From the NCBI GenBank assembly GCA_016183565.1, contig JACPEJ010000001.1:114257-178256 (forward strand): a DNA stretch of 64,000 nt, in the 5' to 3' direction. Of this stretch, positions 43,784 through 53,677 are shown piece after piece; position 1 is the first letter of the stretch; the number at the start of each line of letters is the position of its first letter. Source of the DNA: Candidatus Blackburnbacteria bacterium. GTDB lineage: Bacteria; Patescibacteriota; Microgenomatia; UBA8517; UBA10165. Below the pieces are notes generated by a model that worked only from the letters and a program-made list of their open reading frames with translations, did not search any database and was not told where the DNA came from. Both the position numbers and the translations under genes were made by a program.

Positions 43784-44693
43784 TGATGCACTTGTTCAGT
43801 GGTTAAAGGCGAATCAAGAGGTATTAGCTCAAAGTAATAAAAATATCACAGATACCTTACAGCAGAATACGAGGGATATTAACGAAAGATTGGATAGAGC
43901 CGCTCGAGTTATTGGGGATTTACAGAAAGAAGCGGGACAATTTTCCGAGGTCTCAAGGTCGATGAAGGACCTTCAGGATTATCTCAAAAGTCCTAAATTG
44001 AGAGGGAATTTGGGTGAGGAGGTTTTGAATGACCTTCTTATGCAATCTTTGCCTCGAAATGCAATATTTCTTCAGTATCAATTTAAGTCTGGTGATAAGG
44101 TGGATGCAGCTTTAAAGACCGATGCTGGAATAATACCGATTGATTCAAAGTTTCCAATGGAGAATTTTCAGAGGATGATGCAGGAGGAGAAGAAAGAAGA
44201 CAGAGAACGGGGCAGGCGGGAATTTGGTCGGGATGTGCGGCACCACATTGATGCAATTGCGAAGAAATATATACTGCCCCAAGAAGGAACAGTGGATTTT
44301 GCAATTATGTACGTTCCTTCGGAGTCAGTGTATTACGAAATTGTAACAACTCCAGAGATTATTAAATACGCTCGTTCCGAGCGCGTTTATCCGGTGTCCC
44401 CTACTACTCTTTATGCACATTTGCGCATAATTTTAATGAGTTTTGAGGGGAAGAAGATAGAGCAGCAGGCTAGGCAGATTTTATCTGCTATTAGAGCGAT
44501 GCAAAAGGACTATGAAAAAACTGGTAGTGTTTTGGGTGTATTGGGGAGACATATTAATAATGCATACAATTCTCTCAATACTGTAACCTCTTCCTTTACC
44601 CAGCTTGGACAGAAGATTTACTCTACCCAAGCTTTAGGACAGGAGACAATGGATGAGGAAGTGAAGTTGGAGCCAGGGTCAAATAATACTTAA
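43677..44693 (+). CDS. rmuC: DNA recombination protein RmuC
   Basis: N-terminal TM plus coiled coil, C-terminal AIMYVPSESVYYE and conserved RmuC nuclease-like region. Confidence 0.8.
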   Translation: MTQEMFLVLIVVAGGFLGIVWIVNRRLSKISENNTNDALVQWLKANQEVLAQSNKNITDTLQQNTRDINERLDRAARVIGDLQKEAGQFSEVSRSMKDLQDYLKSPKLRGNLGEEVLNDLLMQSLPRNAIFLQYQFKSGDKVDAALKTDAGIIPIDSKFPMENFQRMMQEEKKEDRERGRREFGRDVRHHIDAIAKKYILPQEGTVDFAIMYVPSESVYYEIVTTPEIIKYARSERVYPVSPTTLYAHLRIILMSFEGKKIEQQARQILSAIRAMQKDYEKTGSVLGVLGRHINNAYNSLNTVTSSFTQLGQKIYSTQALGQETMDEEVKLEPGSNNT

Positions 44694-44717
44694 GCTTCGT
44701 GATACAATTTCTTCGCA

Positions 44718-47603
44718 ATGAGGACGGATGTTACTTTAAATGATCAGCAGCGGGTTGCTGTACAGTATGGTGAGGGATCACTTCTAATTATTGCAGGGGC
44801 GGGTACTGGGAAAACTACAGTTATTACAGAGAGAGTAAAATATCTTATTTTGGAGCGGAATGTGTTGTCTTCGGAACTTCTTGCTTTAACTTTTACCGAG
44901 AAGGCATCTCGGGAAATGGAAGAACGTGTGGATGTTGCAATGCCTTATGGTTATGCACAGATGTGGATTTCTACTTTTCATTCTTTTGGTGATCGAATTT
45001 TGCGAAATGAAGCGGTACATATAGGGCTTGATCCTAGGTATAGATTAATAACAGAGGCCGAAGCGATAAGGTTTATAAGAGAACATCTTTTTGAATTTGA
45101 GTTAGTGTACTTCCGTCCATTAGGGAATCCAACAAGGTTTTTAAGTGGGATGTTCCAGCATTTTTGTCGTTTAAAGGATGAAGATATATGCGCGTTTGAT
45201 TATGTAAAGTGGGCAGAGAAACAAAAAGGAAGAGGTCGAGAGAACGAGAAGTGGTTGGAGTTGGCTCATGCTTATTTTAAGTATGAGGAATTGAAAAATA
45301 AATACTCGGTTATGGATTTTTCGGATCTTATTTCAAATACTTTGAAGCTTTTTAGAGAAAGGCCGAATGTTTTGGAGCAGTACCAAAAACAGTTCAACTA
45401 TATTCTTGTTGATGAATTCCAGGATACCAATATTGCACAGTATGAGTTGATAAAACTTCTTGCACCACCTTCTAAAAATGCAAACCTTACTGTTGTGGGG
45501 GATGATTCACAGAGCATTTATAAATTTAGGGGCGCAGCGATTTCGAATATCCTTAACTTTATGAAGGACTACAAGGGTGCGGAAATTGCTGTATTAACCA
45601 AGAACTATCGTTCGACACAGGCTATTTTAGATCGGGCTTATCAATTAATTCAACACAATAATCCTGATACGCTGGAAGCTAAACTAGGAATTGACAAGAA
45701 TTTGGTTAGCGTGAAAGAACAAAGGGGTCAGGATGTAGAGTTTATACATGCAGATAGAGTTGAAAATGAGGCAGAGCTTATCGTCAAAAAGATTCTTCAA
45801 TTGCTTGAAGAGGAAAAGAGGAGTTTTTCTGATTTTGCGATTTTAGTAAGAGCGAATAACCATTCCGAACCTTTTGTTCAAGCGCTTTCTCGAGCTGGAC
45901 TTCCCTACCAATTTTTGGGTCCGGGTCAACTTTTTCGTCAACCGGAAGTGAAGGAACTAATAGCTTATTTAAAAGTTCTTTATAACTTTGAGGATTCGAT
46001 TGCTTTTTATAAGGTTCTATCAATGGAGCACTTTGATATACCGGCTCGAGACTTAGCTGTTATAACGAATTATGCTCGGCGAGTCAATGTAAGTCTTTTT
46101 GAAGCAGCGGAACGAGTTAACGAAATTTTTGTATCAGAGGGGGCGAAGAAAAAAGTTTTAGATATTGTTGCCATGATACATAACCATTTGAAACTTGTTC
46201 CAAGTAAGTCTGCTGGGTATATAGTTTATCGATTTTTAGAAGAGTCAGGTATCTTGCAGTTTATGGGAAGTTCGAAGAACGCAACGGACGAGAAGAGGAC
46301 GCAAAATATTGCTCGTTTTTTTGACAAACTAAAAACTTACGAGACTGATCACGAGGATGCTTCGATTTTTGCTGTGGTTGATTGGATAGAGCTTTCTTTG
46401 GATTTGGGTGAGTCACCTTTAGCGTCGAATTATGATTGGGCGAGAGAAGATGCTGTAAATATTTTGACTGTTCATTCATCTAAAGGTTTGGAGTTTCCTG
46501 TAGTTTTTGTTGTTAATCTTGTTGATCAACGCTTTCCCACACGAGAAAGAAGTGAACAGATTCCTATACCAGATGAGTTAATAAAAGAGGTTTTGCCACA
46601 AGGGAATTATCATTTACAAGAAGAACGCCGTCTTTTTTATGTTGCTATGACTCGTGCGAGGGAAAGGTTGTATTTAACGGCGGCGGATTATTACGGAGAA
46701 GGAAAAAGGGAAAAGAAAATATCTCTTTTTGTTCCGGAAGCGCTTGGTGTAGAGGTGCTTCAGAAGAAAGCAAAGAAAGTGGAACAGTTATTAATACTTG
46801 ATTATTCTCCTTTAGATCGGGAACCGTTTCAGGGTGGGGTTTTACAGCCTATTACCTACTTGTCGTATTCTCAAATAGATTGTTTTAATTTTTGCCCGTT
46901 GCATTACAAGTTAAGGTATGTTTTAAAAATTCCTACTCCGCCTACTGCGGCTTTGAGTTTTGGTAACACACTTCATGCAACCCTTAAGAATTTTTGTGAG
47001 TTACCCAAGAGTGAGATGGGGAATGAAGAGAAAAAAATATTGGAAATTTATGATAGGAACTGGATATCGGAAGGTTATACAAGTCGCTTGCATGAGGAAA
47101 AAATGAAGAAGAGAGGGCGAGAGTATTTATTAGATTATTTGAAAACTGATTTACATAGTACACGTGAGCCCCTTGCGCTTGAAAGACCTTTTACCCTGTC
47201 AATTGGTAAGTTTTTAAAAGTGGGAGGAAAAATAGATCGTGTGGATAGGACTGAAAATGGAATTGAAATCATTGATTACAAGACGACGGATTTGTCTTTT
47301 AAGGATTTGCCTACCTCAAGAGAGCTAGAAAAAGATCTTCAACTCTCGGTCTATGCACTTGCAGCAACTATGATTCAAGATCCTATTTTTTCGAAAATGC
47401 CCGAGCAGATCAAACTCTCTCTTTATTATCTTGATAAAGGTACGAAGGTTTCTACAACAAGAACAGCTAAACAGTTGGAGGTGGCTCGCAAGGATATTTT
47501 GAGAATGAAAGAAGAAATAGAAAAATCGGATTTTGTTTGTTCTGGTAACTTTTGGTGCAAGAGTTGTGAGTACAAGCTTTTTTGTGAGGTTAGTGGTAAT
47601 TAG
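44718..47603 (+). CDS. UvrD-like helicase fused to a C-terminal PD-(D/E)XK (Cas4/AddB-like, Cys-cluster) nuclease domain; AddA/PcrA-nuclease family
   Basis: Walker A AGAGTGKTTV, helicase motifs (DEFQDTN, VGDDSQSIY, TVHSSKGLEF), C-terminal nuclease region with IIDYKT and Cys cluster C-x-CSGNFWCKSCEYKLFC. Confidence 0.75.
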   Translation: MRTDVTLNDQQRVAVQYGEGSLLIIAGAGTGKTTVITERVKYLILERNVLSSELLALTFTEKASREMEERVDVAMPYGYAQMWISTFHSFGDRILRNEAVHIGLDPRYRLITEAEAIRFIREHLFEFELVYFRPLGNPTRFLSGMFQHFCRLKDEDICAFDYVKWAEKQKGRGRENEKWLELAHAYFKYEELKNKYSVMDFSDLISNTLKLFRERPNVLEQYQKQFNYILVDEFQDTNIAQYELIKLLAPPSKNANLTVVGDDSQSIYKFRGAAISNILNFMKDYKGAEIAVLTKNYRSTQAILDRAYQLIQHNNPDTLEAKLGIDKNLVSVKEQRGQDVEFIHADRVENEAELIVKKILQLLEEEKRSFSDFAILVRANNHSEPFVQALSRAGLPYQFLGPGQLFRQPEVKELIAYLKVLYNFEDSIAFYKVLSMEHFDIPARDLAVITNYARRVNVSLFEAAERVNEIFVSEGAKKKVLDIVAMIHNHLKLVPSKSAGYIVYRFLEESGILQFMGSSKNATDEKRTQNIARFFDKLKTYETDHEDASIFAVVDWIELSLDLGESPLASNYDWAREDAVNILTVHSSKGLEFPVVFVVNLVDQRFPTRERSEQIPIPDELIKEVLPQGNYHLQEERRLFYVAMTRARERLYLTAADYYGEGKREKKISLFVPEALGVEVLQKKAKKVEQLLILDYSPLDREPFQGGVLQPITYLSYSQIDCFNFCPLHYKLRYVLKIPTPPTAALSFGNTLHATLKNFCELPKSEMGNEEKKILEIYDRNWISEGYTSRLHEEKMKKRGREYLLDYLKTDLHSTREPLALERPFTLSIGKFLKVGGKIDRVDRTENGIEIIDYKTTDLSFKDLPTSRELEKDLQLSVYALAATMIQDPIFSKMPEQIKLSLYYLDKGTKVSTTRTAKQLEVARKDILRMKEEIEKSDFVCSGNFWCKSCEYKLFCEVSGN

Positions 47604-48490
47604 AGAGAGAGGATTCTCAGTAGTGGGTTATAATATCTAACGAGGGTTTTGGGGTATTCAATTGTGTTTCCTCCGAATCCTTCCTTAAATCGTGTGAAAC
47701 CTTTCCAGGATTTTGTTTGTGGGTAACGCTTATCGTAAATTCCTTCGAAGTCAAAAATTTTACACCCTATCTTTTTTGCGAGTTTTATAGCTTCCCAGGT
47801 AAGGAGGGTGGGGGCGAAAAGCCTATTCCCTTCTTTGGTTGATGCCGCATACATGTAGTAGGTAGTGGTTGGTGATTTGATGAGCAAGATTCCAGCCAAA
47901 GGGTTTACTACACTCCTATGTAGGAGTGTAGTATTGTTGGCTAATAAAAGATGTGCTTTTTTTTCAAAGGCATCCCACAAGGCTTGGATTTCTTTTTTTT
48001 GAGAAAAAAAATTTCCACGTTTTTTTGCTCCCTCATGCCATAGTTTTATAAAAGCATCTATGTTAGATGATTCCTGGATAGACATTCTGCGTTTTTGGGA
48101 AAGTCGGATGTTGTATCGTGTTTTGGACTTCATTTGATTGAATATTTTCTCTTCCGACTGCTCCAGATTTATGTGGATTGTTTTAGGTGGTAGAAAACAG
48201 GTTTTTGCGATAGAGAAAGCTGAAGGGTTTTTTTGTTCTTCTTCTTGGGGTTCGATGTAAATAGCTGCGAGAGAATAATTCTGTTGTAGTTTCTCTAACT
48301 GCTTTTTGTTTGGAACACACTGCGGTCTTTGGATTTTGGCTATTTTACCAATTAAAGGGATATTTCTAATAAATACTCTATTTTTAATACTTCCTACTTC
48401 ATACTTTTCTGTTTTCCATCCAAGTATTTCCATATACCTTGCGTACTCGTGTGTTTGTCTTATGTCCTTTGATATCATGATTCGAATCAT
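47600..48490 (-). CDS. FemAB family peptidoglycan bridge-forming aminoacyltransferase-like protein
   Basis: GNAT-like Fem fold signature ...WKGFTRFKEGFGGNTIEY; 296 aa. Confidence 0.6.
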   Translation of the reverse strand: MIRIMISKDIRQTHEYARYMEILGWKTEKYEVGSIKNRVFIRNIPLIGKIAKIQRPQCVPNKKQLEKLQQNYSLAAIYIEPQEEEQKNPSAFSIAKTCFLPPKTIHINLEQSEEKIFNQMKSKTRYNIRLSQKRRMSIQESSNIDAFIKLWHEGAKKRGNFFSQKKEIQALWDAFEKKAHLLLANNTTLLHRSVVNPLAGILLIKSPTTTYYMYAASTKEGNRLFAPTLLTWEAIKLAKKIGCKIFDFEGIYDKRYPQTKSWKGFTRFKEGFGGNTIEYPKTLVRYYNPLLRILSL

Positions 48491-48508
48491 TAGATCACCG
48501 AGGTAGTT

Positions 48509-49558
48509 TTATCTAAAGTTTGGTTTTGGCAGAGGGAGGTGGGCTGCGAGCTTAAGAGCTTTCCATCTTAGTTGTTCAGCTATGCGATAAACAAGGTAAA
48601 GGTTTGGATTTATAACAAGATCCCATGTTCCTATAAACTCGATGGTTTTTGGTGCGAATCCTTCTTTAAAACGAGTGAATCCTTTGCCCTCTTCTTTTCC
48701 CCAAAGATCGAATGTTTTAAGTTTTAATTTTTTTCCATATCGGATTGTTTCCCACATCATAAGGTAAGAAGCCATTAGATTTCTATGTTGGTCCGAAGAT
48801 GCACCATAGGGATAGTAAAGCAGGTCTTTGAAGGAAAAAAGAATCCAGGCAATAAGAATTTCCCCCCCATACTTTGCGGTAAGCAAACGTGCCCTCAGTT
48901 CATTTTGACTTTTGACTTTTGATTTTTGATTTTTTAATGTTTCCCACATTAGTCTGTGGTATTTTTCCGTATGAGCATAAAAACCTTGTCTTTTTGTTGT
49001 TTGTTCGGTTAAATCGAGATATTTTTCAAAAGCTTCTTTAGAGTTATCTTCAACGACTGTGACTCCGTGACGCTGAGCGACCCGTATATTGTAACGAGTT
49101 TTAGGGTGCATGTTTTTAAGAAGTTCTTCTTCAGACTTTGTAAGATCTATCCAAAAAGTTTCTTTGGTAAATAGCGTTTTTCCTTTTTTTGCTCCACTGT
49201 TTTGTAATAGTTTGATGGTATTGTTTGCGTTTTTGTCAGTGGTTACAAGATTTGGTTCCATCTTGATAAAAATTAAGTTCTCTTCTTTTCCTAGGTTTTT
49301 TAGAGCCTCAAGCATTTCTTGGGAAAGAAGGCCTCCTTTGAGGAAAACACCTATTTTATACGGAGTGTGAGGTATCGGATGAATTGTTAATTGGGCGCTT
49401 TCGATAAGTTTGCCTTTGTCAAAAACTCCAAGTCTTATTACTTTATTTCCTGTCTTTTCTCTAAACTCTCCCCATTCCCAGGATTGAATGGGATGAGTTG
49501 CAACTTTGTTGAAAGCTGTTTTGTCTTTTTCTGTTATTTCTCGAATGGTTTTGCTCAT
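48509..49558 (-). CDS. FemAB family protein (second paralog)
   Basis: ...GKGFTRFKEGFAPKTIEFIGTWD; 349 aa. Contains a short KSK-type repeat encoded by ttttgac tandem units. Confidence 0.6.
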   Translation of the reverse strand: MSKTIREITEKDKTAFNKVATHPIQSWEWGEFREKTGNKVIRLGVFDKGKLIESAQLTIHPIPHTPYKIGVFLKGGLLSQEMLEALKNLGKEENLIFIKMEPNLVTTDKNANNTIKLLQNSGAKKGKTLFTKETFWIDLTKSEEELLKNMHPKTRYNIRVAQRHGVTVVEDNSKEAFEKYLDLTEQTTKRQGFYAHTEKYHRLMWETLKNQKSKVKSQNELRARLLTAKYGGEILIAWILFSFKDLLYYPYGASSDQHRNLMASYLMMWETIRYGKKLKLKTFDLWGKEEGKGFTRFKEGFAPKTIEFIGTWDLVINPNLYLVYRIAEQLRWKALKLAAHLPLPKPNFR

Positions 49559-49600
49559 ACGTAGTTGAAGAGATTTTCAAAGAAAATCTTTTATGGATAA

Positions 49601-51490
49601 CTAAAAGTCGTCAATAAAATCTAAATTACGGATGTTAAAGTATGGTTTAGAATACACATTTTCAACTAGGTTTTCTGAGATGTCTCCAAGGAAACGGGAT
49701 GGAAGGCTTGTTCCCGATTGTCCGAAGATCATTCTACGGGATGCAAAGGTTAGGTATAGAAGTTTTTTGGCCCGAGTCATTCCGACGTATGCCAGGCGAC
49801 GTTCCTCCTCAAGCTCATCTATGCTTTCGAAGGAACGTGAGTGAGGGAATAGTCCTTCTTCAAGCCCTATTATAAAAACAACAGGAAACTCAAGTCCTTT
49901 GGCAGCGTGCGTAGTCATTAATGTTGTGACTTGATTGCTGTTTGTGGATTGAAGTACTCCCCTGTGGTTTTGTGCAGTTTCTATAAGAGTTACTTGCTCT
50001 AAGAACTCATGAAGTTTAGGGAACTCTGATGCCACGGAACGCAGTTCTTTAATATTTTCTAGTCGTGCAGCATCTTCTGGGTCTTCTGGATTGTATAGAC
50101 TTAAATAATCAGTTGCTTGCAGTGTTTCGTCTAGTATTTCTATTGTGGGCTTGTTTTCGAAATTGACCTTTTCGCAAAAACTCTCAAATTTGGTAAATCT
50201 TCTTTTTCCCAGGTTTCTTGCTCGTTTTTTCGAAACGCTATCTTTTGGGTTAGAGATTAGCTTAAGGTAGGAAAGAACATCTTTCACTTCGCGACGGTCG
50301 TAAAAACGAAGTCCTCCTACTAAGACATACGGTATGCCTTCGTGCAAGAAAGCTTCCTCGAGTGTTCTGGATTGAGCGTTTATTCTATATAAAACTGCGC
50401 AATCGGAAAATGTAAGATTTTGGGATATGAGTTTTTTTACTTCTTTTGCAACAAAAGTGGCTTCGTCCATTTCTGATTGTGCTTGGTAAAGCTTTATTCT
50501 CTCTCCTCCGCTGTTTGTTGTCCATAATTTGAGAATTGGATGATTTTTGTTTTTGTTTATAACGTCGTAGGCAGCATCGAGAATATTTTGAGTTGAGCGG
50601 TAATTTTGTTCTAGATTAATGGTTGTTATATTGGGGAAGTCTTCTTTAAGGTGCATTAAATTTCTATAATTGGCCCCGCGCCATGTGTATATTGTTTGAG
50701 AGAAGTCTCCGACGACCGTTAGGTTACTGTTTTTGCCTACGAGGAGTTTTACAAGTTGGTATTGTGCTCTATTTGTGTCTTGCCACTCATCGACCAAAAT
50801 GTGGGAGTATTGATTTCGGTATTTGTTTAATGTTTCTTTGCTGTTACTCAGGAGTTTAACTGTAAAAATGAGTAAGTCGTCAAAATCTAAAGCGTTATTT
50901 TCGCTGAGGATTTTGTGGTATTCGAGGTAAACTTTGGCGATATTTTTTTGCCACTCACTGCGTACGTATTGGGCATATTCTAAGGCGTCTATTAGTTCGT
51001 TTTTTGCTTGGGATATAGGAGACAGAATGCTATTGGGTTTAATTGATTTGTCCAGCCCTAGTCGTGCCAGAGCCTCTTTTAGTGTATCGAGTTGGTCACC
51101 GGTGTCGTAGATTATGAAGTTTGGGCTAATTCCTATAGCTTGACCGCTTTCTCGTAAGATTTTTGCACAAAAGGAGTGGAAAGTTCCTGCGAAGGGAGGT
51201 TTGAGGGCTGTTTTTCCGGTTTCGTTGGGGGATAGTAATCTTAGAATACGGTTGCGCATTTCGCCGGCTGCTTTGTTTGTGAAGGTTTGGAGTAGGATGT
51301 TTTCGGGAAACACTCCTTTTTCTTCTATTAACCACGCTGCTCTGTGGGTGAGTACGCGAGTTTTACCAGAGCCTGCGCCTGCAAGGACCAAAAGAGGTGT
51401 ACCCCAATGGGTTACTGCTTCTTGCTGATTAGGGTTTAAATCAGCTAGAATTGAATCTGTTTCTGGCATGAATCGATTGTACCACAGCAC
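49601..51490 (-). CDS. uvrD: ATP-dependent DNA helicase UvrD/PcrA
   Basis: LVLAGAGSGKTRVL, DEWQDTN, VVGDFSQTIY, TTHAAKGLEFPVVF. Confidence 0.85.
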   Translation of the reverse strand: MLWYNRFMPETDSILADLNPNQQEAVTHWGTPLLVLAGAGSGKTRVLTHRAAWLIEEKGVFPENILLQTFTNKAAGEMRNRILRLLSPNETGKTALKPPFAGTFHSFCAKILRESGQAIGISPNFIIYDTGDQLDTLKEALARLGLDKSIKPNSILSPISQAKNELIDALEYAQYVRSEWQKNIAKVYLEYHKILSENNALDFDDLLIFTVKLLSNSKETLNKYRNQYSHILVDEWQDTNRAQYQLVKLLVGKNSNLTVVGDFSQTIYTWRGANYRNLMHLKEDFPNITTINLEQNYRSTQNILDAAYDVINKNKNHPILKLWTTNSGGERIKLYQAQSEMDEATFVAKEVKKLISQNLTFSDCAVLYRINAQSRTLEEAFLHEGIPYVLVGGLRFYDRREVKDVLSYLKLISNPKDSVSKKRARNLGKRRFTKFESFCEKVNFENKPTIEILDETLQATDYLSLYNPEDPEDAARLENIKELRSVASEFPKLHEFLEQVTLIETAQNHRGVLQSTNSNQVTTLMTTHAAKGLEFPVVFIIGLEEGLFPHSRSFESIDELEEERRLAYVGMTRAKKLLYLTFASRRMIFGQSGTSLPSRFLGDISENLVENVYSKPYFNIRNLDFIDDF

Positions 51491-52604
51491 CTATCGCTTC
51501 TTCTTGTTTCCTAAGCGGCACAAGCTTTTGTTTGTGCTAGTTATTGTTTTTGTTGTTTGCCTTATTTTTTTAAGTCCTTTAGTAAGGTATGTTCCCCAGA
51601 TGGAAGCTCTTGCTGAAGGTTTCCTTTTTGGTTCTTTGGATAAAGTTGCCCAAACAGATGGGAGAACAAATTTTTTGATACTTGGTTTGGGTGGACCGAA
51701 AAATGAGCCGTCTGGGTTGACGGATACAATATTGTTCTTGTCTTTTGACCATTCCCGAGGGCGTCATTTACTACTTTCGATTCCTCGGGATATATGGGTT
51801 AGTTCTATGCAGGCAAAGTTGAATTCTGCTTATTATTATGGGAATCGAAATGATGGCTTGGGAATGGAGTGGACAAAGCGTTTTGTTGAGGAGATTGTTG
51901 GGCAGCCGATTCATTATACGACGGTTATTTCCTTTGAGGGGTTTGTAGAGATGGTGGATTTATTTGGTGGAGTTTCTGTTAATGTAGAGCGGGGTTTTAC
52001 GGATGAGAAGTACCCGATTACTGGTCGGGAGGATGATGTTTGTGGGGGTGATCCTAATTTGAGTTGTAGATGGGAGAAGATAAGCTTTTCGCGAGGCTTG
52101 CAAACGCTTAACGGTTCCACGGCTTTGAAGTTTGTACGCTCTAGACATAGTGAGGGTGAAGAGGGAAGTGATTTTGCTCGTTCAGCAAGGCAACAAAAGA
52201 TGATACTTGGGGTTCGGGAGAAGCTTTTATCTCCATGGTTTTTCTTAAATCCAATTAAAGTTGATAATATGCTTCAACTTGTGACTAGACACATAGAAAC
52301 AAATCTACCCCAAGCGAGTACTGGGATTTTTGGGAGGGCACTTCTTTATGTAAAGTCGGAAAATATTCGTTCTGAAGTTTTAGATGGGGTTTACCAAAAG
52401 AATGACAAGCCCAGTTTTTTGCTTAATCCTCCGGTATCTAAAGAGTATGGTAATCAGTGGGTTCTTGTTCCTCGGACTGGAGATTGGGAGGAGGTTCATG
52501 AGTGGGTAAGGTGTTTGCTGACAGAAGATCAGTGCACCATTGCTCAAGCGCCTGTTGCTGTTCCGACGCCGACGCCTGCTCGTTCTATTAAGATTAATAA
52601 TTGA
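51468..52604 (+). CDS. LytR-CpsA-Psr (LCP) family cell-envelope transferase
   Basis: N-terminal TM, NFLILGLGG...DTILFLSFD...SIPRDIWV LCP core. Confidence 0.75.
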   Translation: MNRLYHSTYRFFLFPKRHKLLFVLVIVFVVCLIFLSPLVRYVPQMEALAEGFLFGSLDKVAQTDGRTNFLILGLGGPKNEPSGLTDTILFLSFDHSRGRHLLLSIPRDIWVSSMQAKLNSAYYYGNRNDGLGMEWTKRFVEEIVGQPIHYTTVISFEGFVEMVDLFGGVSVNVERGFTDEKYPITGREDDVCGGDPNLSCRWEKISFSRGLQTLNGSTALKFVRSRHSEGEEGSDFARSARQQKMILGVREKLLSPWFFLNPIKVDNMLQLVTRHIETNLPQASTGIFGRALLYVKSENIRSEVLDGVYQKNDKPSFLLNPPVSKEYGNQWVLVPRTGDWEEVHEWVRCLLTEDQCTIAQAPVAVPTPTPARSIKINN

Positions 52605-52722
52605 TGAGGTGTGGCCAGTATAAAATGCTGACCAAAACCATGTAGCCTTAAAGGTGGTAGCTTTGGAAAAAGAACACCCCTTAAAGAAATATGCTCAGAG
52701 TTTTTTATGATATGCTGGGAAT

Positions 52723-53343
52723 GTGGAAAAATCCGTATTTAAACTTAGACTTCAAGGCAAAACAGCAGTCTTTATTGACTGGGCCAATGTCTATGGATGG
52801 ACAAACAGGCTTAACAAAGAAGTTGATCCTCGTAAACTTTACCGATATCTAAAAAGCTATAAAGATATAGATGATCTGTATTTTTACTACGGTCTAGATA
52901 AACACCCAAAGTCAAAACAGTTTTTGAGAAAAGTTAAGCAGATTGGTTTTGATGTTGTTACTAAGGAAGTAAAATATATTCCAGTTAGCATTGATGCTTC
53001 TCATTTTAAACATATTACTAGAGAAATAAAGGAATCCTTAAATATAATCAAACACTTAGAGACAGAGGACATTGAAAAAATCCTGCAAATTCTAAACAGA
53101 AAAGTATTACGTAGAAAATGTGATTTTGATATTGAGATTGCGCTCGATTGTTTTGAAAATTTGGGTAAATACAAAAGCTTCGTTTTTTTCTCTGGCGATG
53201 GAGATTTTGCAACATTGTATAAAAGATTAATTAAAGCTAAAAAACAGGTAGTAGTCGTTTATGCTCCTGGTCATATAGGTAGAGAAATATGGGAAATACA
53301 AAGAGGGCTTTTTAAAGTGAATATCCAAAATATGGGGCTTTAA
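52723..53343 (+). CDS. NYN-domain (LabA-like PIN-fold) RNase
   Basis: TAVFIDWANVYGW at the N-terminus and FFSGDGDFATLYKRL...KQVVVV at the C-terminus. Confidence 0.7.
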   Translation: MEKSVFKLRLQGKTAVFIDWANVYGWTNRLNKEVDPRKLYRYLKSYKDIDDLYFYYGLDKHPKSKQFLRKVKQIGFDVVTKEVKYIPVSIDASHFKHITREIKESLNIIKHLETEDIEKILQILNRKVLRRKCDFDIEIALDCFENLGKYKSFVFFSGDGDFATLYKRLIKAKKQVVVVYAPGHIGREIWEIQRGLFKVNIQNMGL

Positions 53344-53677
53344 AAAATCGTCCCCCCGATTTCTCGAGGGGCGTGATTGTTTCTATTTAACCACAAACAA
53401 CCTCAGAAGTCAATAGCCCCCATTCGAGTTGTCGACATTTTGTCGACAGTTGAAATTAGAAGCTCCTGATGGAAAACTAAGATATACTCGTTTAACTCGA
53501 GTTTGCAACTCTTTGTTAAACGATTAGAACCCAAAATAGTTATTTAGAGTTGCAAATTCAAGTATTTTGGGTATAAGCAGATTGTGTAAATATAAAAACC
53601 GCAAGCTCAATCAGTCAGGTTCTTAAGCTAGTAGTCTCCGAAAAAGAACACCTTCCACTTTCTAGCTAGCTCTAGTG

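Noticed and set aside
48890-48935. ttttgac tandem units
   Set aside because: Inside the FemAB-like CDS, where they encode a short Lys/Ser repeat; not an independent element.
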